A DNA stretch of 64,000 nt from Myxococcota bacterium (GTDB lineage: Bacteria > Myxococcota_A > UBA9160 > UBA4427). Where the stretch lies: NCBI GenBank assembly GCA_965250285.1, contig OZ252299.1:5664001-5728000 (forward strand). The letters are read 5' to 3'. A model generated the notes under the pieces. That model made no database searches. It saw only the letters and a list, made by a program, of their open reading frames with translations, and was not told where the DNA came from. Each line of letters opens with the position of its first letter. Positions within the stretch are counted from its first letter, which is position 1. Positions 51,106 through 58,375 of this stretch are shown in pieces. A program made the position numbers and the translations under genes.

Positions 51106-51873
51106 TCAGTCGCTGGGGAGGCAGATCTGCAGGTAGAGCAAGCCAGGCAGACCGAGCGGCCCGCGCCCGCGTTCGTCGAGCCACTGCGACTCGACGAGGT
51201 CGCCGGCCCGCGCCTCGACCCGGGCCCGCGCATCGGGGGTGGCTCGGACGGCGTGCGTGCGGTCGAGCCGGCGGCCGCCGTGTAGCGTCAGGCTGTGATC
51301 GACCTGCGCTTCGAAGCGGCGGGCGAGCATCTCGAGCGCATCGCGCCGCGCGCTCGCCGTGCGTCGCTGCGCACTCAGATCGACGCCCGCGACGCCGAGG
51401 GCGCAGTCGCGCCGCCGGGGGAGGGGCCTCGGCCAGATCGGCCGCACGCCGGGTGAGCGCCGCGCCCGCGCAGGCGGCGCCGCCTTGGGGCCACACGCGA
51501 CGACGTCGATGCGACCCTCGCCGTGCCGCCTGAGTGCGGCGATGTAGACCCCGCGCAGCACGCCGCTCACGCGTTCAGTGGCGACCTCTCGCATCTGCGC
51601 GTCGCGCCAGGCGATCTCGCTCGTCACCTCGGTCGGGCCCTGCTCGGCCGCCAGCGCAGCGAACGCGGCATCGCGCGCTTCGCGCAGGCTCGTCGCCTCG
51701 CGCAGCGCCGGCCCGCCGATGCCGAGCGCGCACCCCGGTGGCACGTCGAGGGCGCCCGGATCGGCGACCGCCGCGGTCGGCTCGAGCGAACCGAGCAGGG
51801 CGGCGACTCCGAGCACGCAAAGCACGTGCGTGACCGGAGCCGCGCGCCGGCTGCGCCCGGGGCTTCGGCTCAC
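51106..51873 (-). CDS. Secreted protein with two LPP20-like domains
   Basis: Hydrophobic leader; two CALG(I/V)..A...AR.DA...LA units; GTG overlaps the upstream stop. Confidence 0.55.
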   Translation of the reverse strand: MSRSPGRSRRAAPVTHVLCVLGVAALLGSLEPTAAVADPGALDVPPGCALGIGGPALREATSLREARDAAFAALAAEQGPTEVTSEIAWRDAQMREVATERVSGVLRGVYIAALRRHGEGRIDVVACGPKAAPPARARRSPGVRPIWPRPLPRRRDCALGVAGVDLSAQRRTASARRDALEMLARRFEAQVDHSLTLHGGRRLDRTHAVRATPDARARVEARAGDLVESQWLDERGRGPLGLPGLLYLQICLPSD

Positions 51874-52652
51874 TCGACGCTCGAGGTGCGCGGCGCGCCG
51901 TCGTCCCACTCGCTTCGCTGCGATGGCGCGGGGCGATCGTCGCGCGGCGGGTCGGCGGCGTCGCGCGGTGCGCGTTCGGCCTGCATCGGGGCCACACCGG
52001 TCTCCTCATCGAGCTCGCGGAACGCGGCGTCGGCCCGCTCGCGGACCGCCGTCCGGATCGACTCGGACAGGTTCGTCATGCCGCTGATCGAGTCGTTGAA
52101 GCGCTCGACGTCGAGGGCGACCAGCGTGTAGAGCGTGCCGTTGTTCGAGATCCACGTGTCCTGCAGCGCCGTGCCCGAGAGCGTCATCGACGTGATCTGC
52201 TTGCTGACGTCATCGATCGTCTGCTCGTCGGCGGCGGCGATGCCGAACTCGTCGCCGCCGGTCGTCGTCGATGAGTAGTCCTTCAGCATGGCGCGCACCT
52301 TGGTCTGCAGGCTCCGTGCGATCTCGGCGCGCGCCCGGCCCATGGCCGCCGTCCGCGCGAGCGCGGCGTTGCGCGTGCCCGCCACGGCACCGACGCCGCA
52401 GATGCGCGCGCCGTCGTCGTCTCCCCAATACGCCGCGCAGCCTCGGCTCACCCACTCGGGCGCGCCGTCGAGCTCGTCGGCCATGGCGGCGCCGGGGGGC
52501 GGTCGGTGCTTGCACGCGGCCGTCAATGCGACGGCTCCGGCGATCATCCAGACGAGCGCGACGCTCGATCGGGCTCGACGCCGCCGGGCGGCGCCTTCGC
52601 CCCCGCACGTCGGCGGCCGCTCTGCGGCGCCTCCATCGGGCTTGATGCGCAT
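51870..52652 (-). CDS. LPP20 family lipoprotein
   Basis: GAGGAG RBS; lipobox LTAAC; APEWV, CGVG, A..RARAEIAR.L, TLSG..W, LY.LV. Confidence 0.8.
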   Translation of the reverse strand: MRIKPDGGAAERPPTCGGEGAARRRRARSSVALVWMIAGAVALTAACKHRPPPGAAMADELDGAPEWVSRGCAAYWGDDDGARICGVGAVAGTRNAALARTAAMGRARAEIARSLQTKVRAMLKDYSSTTTGGDEFGIAAADEQTIDDVSKQITSMTLSGTALQDTWISNNGTLYTLVALDVERFNDSISGMTNLSESIRTAVRERADAAFRELDEETGVAPMQAERAPRDAADPPRDDRPAPSQRSEWDDGAPRTSSVE

Positions 52653-52900
52653 TGTCTCTACTCCTCGCTGCCCCGGGGCTCGCACGCGAGTCGTGCGGGG
52701 CGGGCTCGTCCCCGGCGGCTCCGCCCGGCCTCTGCAGGGGGATCGCGCTCGGGGTGCGTTCTTGGGTGCGGGCCGGGCTCCGGTCAGGCGTTCCGCCACC
52801 GGCCTGCGTGTGGAACCCCGCCCGCGCAGCCGGGCCCTCCCTGCCACGACGACGGCCCCGGGTGAGACGGGCGGGCGCGCGGCGCGAGGAGGAGCCAGGC

Positions 52901-54499
52901 ATGTGGACAAGGGCGGCGGGGACGGATCGGGCGCGGCGGCACCGGGGGGTGGTCGTCGCGGTGGTGCTCTTCGTCGCGAGCATGCTCCCGACCGTCGCCG
53001 CCGCTTCGCCCGACTGGGTCGACTCGGGTGGGCGGGCCAAGCGCTACCCCGCCGAGCGCTACGTCACCGGCTATGGCCAGGCGCGGGGGCGGGACGCCGA
53101 GGTGCGCGCGCGTCAGGCGGCGATGGCGTCGCTCGCGCAGGCGATCAGCGTGCGGGTCGAGTTCGAGCTCGAAGACGATCGCCGAGAAGACGACGGCCGC
53201 TACGACGAGAGCGTCGCAACGCTGACGCGGACGTCGTCCCAGCTCGAGCTGCAGGACGTGCGCTTCGAGATTCACCGCGACTCGCGCCGTGTCCATGCGC
53301 TGGCGGTCGTCGAGCGCGAGCGGGCCACCGCGCGGCGCCGCAGCCTGCGCGACCGCGCGCTGGTGCGCGCCGAGGCCTGTCTCGCCGACGCCGAGCTCGC
53401 GCGCGAGACGGGCGACGAAGCGGGCGCCGAGCGTCGGCTCGGTCGCTGTCGCGCGGCGCACGCCGAGGCGCTTCGACACGATGCGGTGTCGGTCGCGCTG
53501 GGCGCGGGGGGCGACGGGTCGGAGGCACCGGCGCGGCTCGAACGCATCGTGCGCGACCTCGAGCGCGCGGAGCGAGCCCGGGCCGATGCGCCGGCTTCGA
53601 GCGTCGGGGAGGCCGCCGATCGTCTCGCTGCTCAGCTCGTCGCCCAGGGGTTCGCGCGGCCGCGTCGCCTCGACGTCGCCGCGCTCGCCGACTCGTCGAC
53701 CGATCTACCGAGCCCTTTCGGCCAGGTCATGGCCACCGAGGTCGAACGCGCGCTGGCGCGGGCCTGGAACGAGCCGATGTCGCTGCCCGACGATCCGCGC
53801 CGCATCGGCATCGAAGGCTCGCATCTCGAGACCGGCGAGGTGGTGCGGCTGACGGTCATCGCGCGAGAGTTCGGCACCGGGACGCTGCTTGCGAGCGCGG
53901 CCACGCCCCTCGAACGCGGCGCCGTGCCCGACGGCGTCGCCTTGCGACCCGGGAACTGGAAGCCCGCCCTCGCGAAGCGGGATCGACTCGCCCACTCGGT
54001 CGCGCCACCGCCGAAGCCGTCGAAGCGCGCCGCGCGCGCGCTGCGCGTCGAGCTGTGGACCGACCGCGGGCGCGATCGCGTGAGCTACACCGAAGGCGAG
54101 GCGATTCGGGTCTTTCTGCGCGTCAACGGCCCGGCCTGGGTGCGACTCGTCTACGTGCTGCCGAACGGCCTCACAGTGCCCATCGAAGAATCGTTCCACG
54201 TCGAGGCACAGCGTGCGCACAGCGCCATCGCGTACCCCGGAAGGCTCGAGGTCGTGCCGCCCTTCGGCGTCGAGATGCTCCACGCCGCTGCGTTCGAGCA
54301 GAAGCCACCGCCGCTTGCGACACGCCTCGTCGAGGTGTCGGGCGAGCGCTACGAGGTGATCGACGACGGCGTCGACGCGCTGGTGCGCGCTCGGGGGGTG
54401 CAGGTGCGGCGAGGTGAGGCGGTGGCGGAAGACGTCGTGACGATCACGACGCTCGACGCGGCCGGGGCTGACGAGCTGAGGCCGCGCGACGCGCGCTGA
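52901..54499 (+). CDS. Secreted LPP20 + FlgO-like + DUF4384 multidomain protein
   Basis: GGAGGAG RBS; signal peptide; PDWV..YP..RYVTGYG; C-terminal LWTDRG..Y.EGE.IRVFLRVN.P, V.PPFG.E.L. Confidence 0.7.
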   Translation: MWTRAAGTDRARRHRGVVVAVVLFVASMLPTVAAASPDWVDSGGRAKRYPAERYVTGYGQARGRDAEVRARQAAMASLAQAISVRVEFELEDDRREDDGRYDESVATLTRTSSQLELQDVRFEIHRDSRRVHALAVVERERATARRRSLRDRALVRAEACLADAELARETGDEAGAERRLGRCRAAHAEALRHDAVSVALGAGGDGSEAPARLERIVRDLERAERARADAPASSVGEAADRLAAQLVAQGFARPRRLDVAALADSSTDLPSPFGQVMATEVERALARAWNEPMSLPDDPRRIGIEGSHLETGEVVRLTVIAREFGTGTLLASAATPLERGAVPDGVALRPGNWKPALAKRDRLAHSVAPPPKPSKRAARALRVELWTDRGRDRVSYTEGEAIRVFLRVNGPAWVRLVYVLPNGLTVPIEESFHVEAQRAHSAIAYPGRLEVVPPFGVEMLHAAAFEQKPPPLATRLVEVSGERYEVIDDGVDALVRARGVQVRRGEAVAEDVVTITTLDAAGADELRPRDAR

Positions 54500-54610
54500 G
54501 TCGGGTGCGGGTCGGCGGCCGCGCTGATTTCGGACCGCCCCGATCGGTGACGCGCCGGCGCCGGCTTCGAACCGCCCCGATCGGCGGCGCGCCGGCAGGC
54601 TGCGCCGACG

Positions 54611-55888
54611 TCAGGTCGCCGCCGCCTCGACCGCGATCAGCTCCGAAACGACGAGCCCGGCTTCGTCGTCGCCGTCGCTCACGTCGACCCGCTGCATCAC
54701 CTGCGTGATCTCTCGGGCCAGACCGTCGGTCAGGTTCAGGAAGCGCAGGAAGATGCCGTCGGGGCCATCATCGCGATCGACCACGGCCTCGACGAGCACG
54801 GGCTCACTGCGCGGGCCGGCGTGGAGCGCGAGCTTGACCTTGAATCCGAGGCCGAGCTCGGGGTGGCTATCGACCCGCATGCCGCCGGTGGAGATGTCGC
54901 GGCCGAGAAAGACGCGCGCGGCCTCGTCGACCAGCGCGACGACTCGGCTCTCGTAGTTCACGCGATCGGCGCCGCGGCGCTCGTTCGGTGCGGGCTCAGC
55001 GACCGCCGCCGGCGCTGCCGGGCCAACGACCGATGCGACCTTGGGAGCGGTCTTCGCGCGAGCGGGCGCCGGTCGCGCCGGGCGCTCGGCGACCGGCGAA
55101 GATTCGGCGACGTTGTTCATCACGCGCGAGACGCCGGCCACCTGGTGGCGCACCTGCACGGGACCTCGTCGGTGCAGATCGACGAATCGCTTGACGTGCT
55201 CGGCTGCCTTCTTGCTCATCTCGTCGAAGCGGATGCCGACGATCGTGCCGTCTTCGTCGCCGTCCTGGATGCGGACGGCCGTGCCGTTCACGCGCAGCAT
55301 GCCGGCCTTCGTGAGCTCTCGGCCGATCGCGAGGCGCAGTTTCGTGCCCTTCTCGACCGGTTGATCGGTGAGGATGCGGGCGCCCTTCTGCGAGATCTCG
55401 GCGAGCGTGGCCGGCTTGGCGAAGAGGCCGGTGCGCACGCGAATCTCGGCGCCAATGCTGACGCGTTCGCGCTTGCGCCGTTCGGGGCCGTTGTAGACCG
55501 CGTGCAGGAGCAGCAGCCGCAGCGCCATCGGATGCACGGGTCGATTCACGACGTAGTCGATGCGCAGACGCTGCATCTGACTGCGCAGCGTCTTCGAAGC
55601 CTGGTCGGCGATGGCGACGAGCGTCGGGCGCGGGCCGCCTGGCTGACTGAACTCGAGCAGCCGCTTGGGCGTCGCGATCACGGTGCGCCACTGGGCCTTC
55701 GCCTCGGCCGGCCGGAGCGCGCCGACGCGCTCCCGGATCGGGATCCCGAACGCGTCGAGCTGGGAGCGTAGATCGCGCAGCTCTCCGTCGTGCAGCAGCA
55801 GGATCAACGGGTCTTCGGTCGAGTGGGCCAAGTTCGGATGTTCCGCGACGGTGATGCGCCGCCCCGGCGGCGGCGTGGGTTGGGTCAC
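54611..55888 (-). CDS. Tandem PilZ-domain protein with degenerate receiver-like N-terminus
   Basis: ERRKRER/EISQKG and ERRGADR/DISTGG c-di-GMP motif pairs; start inferred. Confidence 0.85.
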   Translation of the reverse strand: MTQPTPPPGRRITVAEHPNLAHSTEDPLILLLHDGELRDLRSQLDAFGIPIRERVGALRPAEAKAQWRTVIATPKRLLEFSQPGGPRPTLVAIADQASKTLRSQMQRLRIDYVVNRPVHPMALRLLLLHAVYNGPERRKRERVSIGAEIRVRTGLFAKPATLAEISQKGARILTDQPVEKGTKLRLAIGRELTKAGMLRVNGTAVRIQDGDEDGTIVGIRFDEMSKKAAEHVKRFVDLHRRGPVQVRHQVAGVSRVMNNVAESSPVAERPARPAPARAKTAPKVASVVGPAAPAAVAEPAPNERRGADRVNYESRVVALVDEAARVFLGRDISTGGMRVDSHPELGLGFKVKLALHAGPRSEPVLVEAVVDRDDGPDGIFLRFLNLTDGLAREITQVMQRVDVSDGDDEAGLVVSELIAVEAAAT

Positions 55889-56049
55889 CCTCTCAATCGT
55901 CCGCCGGTGCCTCACGCTGAAGGGCTTCGCCGACACCGCAGGGTGCCGAGGGGGCGCGTTCCAATTGCAGTGCGAGTGCAAAGGTTCCAGCGCCCGGCCA
56001 CGCGCCCGAAGCGGCACACCGGTCCGCGATCGGTAGAGTCCCGTTCACG

Positions 56050-56538
56050 ATGGCAGACCGAGACGGCACCGGGCGTGGAAGACCGCCGAGCGACGGCGAT
56101 GCGGGCGGGGATCTCGACGTCGGCTTCGGTGTGTCGATCCCGGCCCGCGAGCTGTCGGTTCGCGTCAGCCGATCGAGCGGGCCCGGGGGGCAGCGCACCA
56201 ACAAGGTCGCCACCCGGGTCAGCCTTCTGTGGGATGTCCGCCGCAGCGTTGCCCTCGATGACGCTCGCCGGGCGCGCGTGCTCGAGCGACTGGCCTCGCG
56301 GCTGACCGCGCGAGGTGAGCTCGTCGTGCACGCCCAGGCCAGCCGCGAGCAGACGCGCAACCGCGCCGAGGCGCGGCGCCGGCTCGCGGCGATCGTGCGT
56401 GAAGCGCTGACGCCACCCGGCCCGCCGCGTCGCGCGACCAAGCCGACGCGGGGCTCGGTCGAGCGACGCCTCGGTGAGAAGCGGCGCCGCGGCGAGACCA
56501 AGCGGGGACGCCGTCCCACGTCGCGCGACGACGACTGA
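56050..56538 (+). CDS. arfB: Alternative ribosome rescue peptidyl-tRNA hydrolase ArfB
   Basis: RSSGPGGQ.TNK, REQ.RN, basic tail R.TKPT.GS..RRL..KR. Confidence 0.93.
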   Translation: MADRDGTGRGRPPSDGDAGGDLDVGFGVSIPARELSVRVSRSSGPGGQRTNKVATRVSLLWDVRRSVALDDARRARVLERLASRLTARGELVVHAQASREQTRNRAEARRRLAAIVREALTPPGPPRRATKPTRGSVERRLGEKRRRGETKRGRRPTSRDDD

Positions 56539-57239
56539 GCCGATCGCCACGGGTGTACGCGCACGCGCCGTCACGGCCCCGACCGAAGGGCGTTCCATCG
56601 CTCGGCGACACGGCTCGCCCTTCGACGTGACAGGGCGATGCGAAGAGTCACGTCACCGTCTGGTGTTGGACTCTGGTCTGGATCGAGGTCCATGGGTGGA
56701 TCGACGTCTCGGCGCCCCCGAACGGGTGCGGCTCGACCCATGCGAAAGCTCCGTGGCATCGATCGAAACCCTTGGTTCGAGCCACTCGAAAACCGGTCCG
56801 TTTGTGAAACCGACACCGCATGTGACCGAGCACGGTGTCGCCTTTTCGCTCTAAATCACGCGATTCACGTGGGAATCGAGTGCGAAGGCGCTATATCACA
56901 AGGCGGGTTGGAGAGGGATGCTCGCGATGACCGCCCCTTGTTAAGCACACCGATTTTCAAGATCCTGCGGGTCTCGTTATCGGAACAACGGGTCGGGCCC
57001 ACCAGATCCCTTGCTTCAGCCGCCAACGGAATCGGGCTCCATGCCCTCGGGCATGCGCGGCAGGTCGATCGAGCCGAACCGGGGAGGTCGTGCCGAACGC
57101 TCGTGCGGACGGGTCGCAGGGCACCACCTGCGACCATCGCCCCCGCACGCGGACGAGCATCGGCATCACGTCCCCGGGCCAACACATCGCCATGTGGCTG
57201 GACATGCTCTCTCGACGGGTCCGAATTGACGGAGACGCA

Positions 57240-57476
57240 ATGGCAGCACGAAAGAGTTCGAAGAAGACGGCAAAGAAGAAGGGGACCTGGGGAGGCCGGC
57301 GCCCGGGCGCGGGTCGCCCGAAGGGCTCCGGCAAGGGCCCGTCACCCGATTCGCGGCGAAACCGGGTGGCGGTGATGCTCACGGACATCGAGCTGAAGTC
57401 CTTGCGCAGCCAGGCGAAGAAGAAGGGGCTTCCGGTCTCGACCGTGGCCTACGAGTACATCGCCCGGTCCCTCTAG
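57240..57476 (+). CDS. Small basic DNA-binding protein (Lys-rich tail + GRP/AT-hook-like motif + ribbon-helix-helix), 78 aa
   Basis: GGAGA RBS; MAARKSSKKTAKKK-WGGRRPGAGRPKGSG-RVAVMLTDIELKSLRSQAKKKGLPVSTVAYEYI. Confidence 0.75.
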   Translation: MAARKSSKKTAKKKGTWGGRRPGAGRPKGSGKGPSPDSRRNRVAVMLTDIELKSLRSQAKKKGLPVSTVAYEYIARSL

Positions 57477-57589
57477 TCCGAGTAGTCCGAGCACCTCGAG
57501 GACGAAGGCAAGGGATGCATCGAGGCCCGGTTCGCGTGCGCGGAGCACGCGGGCCGGGCGCTTCTGCATTCGAGGCACGCGAAGCCGGT

Positions 57590-58372
57590 TCAGCTGCCCT
57601 CGGCTGATTGGGGCAGCAGTGCATCCACGCGCTCGACGAGTCGCTGCATGTCGTCGCGCACCCGCTGTCCGCGGATGTGCGGGATGATCTCGACGCGCCG
57701 CCAGTACGGATAACACTCGCGGTTTCGCTCGGGGCAGCTCGCCGGCGGGCGGGCGTACGACGAAGACGAGATCAGCCCGAGCCGCTGCATGTCGTCACGG
57801 TCGCTCTTCGAGAGCGCCCACTCACTCGACAGGTAGATCATCACGCCGAGCGGTCGCTGATGCGATCCGACGAGGTTGGTCACATACGGGTCGCGTCGGG
57901 CGCGCGGGTCGGCGTGGCCGCGCAGCTCGATCGCTTCGACGTTCTGCCAGACGGCGTCGCGCTGGCGCAGTGATCGGAGCAACAGCGAGACCGCCAGCTG
58001 CACCTTGCGCATGCCCTCTTCGTTCAGCTGAGCGCTCGTTGGATCGTCGAAGAGCCGGTCGCCGAACGTGATCGCGCCCGTCTCGCAGCTGGGCGACAAA
58101 CCCTCGGCCTGCAGCTCGACGTTCTCGCAGATCTCTCGAAGCGTGTCCCGCCACGCGAGGGCGAGGGACGACCGCGCATCGAGCTCGGCGCGGATGCGCG
58201 GGGACGGGTCGGGGGCCGGCTCGACCGGGGCCTGGACCGGTGCGTCTCGATCCACCGCAGCCACCAGCAGCAGGATGCCGGCCACGGCCGCGCCGATGTA
58301 GGCGATCGCGACGAAGACGTCGCCGGCGGGGCTGGTCTCGCGGCCGCCGAACGCCGAGTGCCGGCGCGCCAC
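57590..58372 (-). CDS. ZorB/MotB-like protein (TM with Asp + OmpA-like peptidoglycan-binding domain)
   Basis: GDVFVAIAYIG TM, LF..SA.L..G, IELRGHAD, NLVGS.QR, RRVEI. Confidence 0.75.
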   Translation of the reverse strand: MARRHSAFGGRETSPAGDVFVAIAYIGAAVAGILLLVAAVDRDAPVQAPVEPAPDPSPRIRAELDARSSLALAWRDTLREICENVELQAEGLSPSCETGAITFGDRLFDDPTSAQLNEEGMRKVQLAVSLLLRSLRQRDAVWQNVEAIELRGHADPRARRDPYVTNLVGSHQRPLGVMIYLSSEWALSKSDRDDMQRLGLISSSSYARPPASCPERNRECYPYWRRVEIIPHIRGQRVRDDMQRLVERVDALLPQSAEGS

Positions 58373-58375
58373 GGC

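Noticed and set aside
56765..56795. ggttcgagcc resembling a tRNA T-loop
   Set aside because: No cloverleaf, D-arm or acceptor stem around it.
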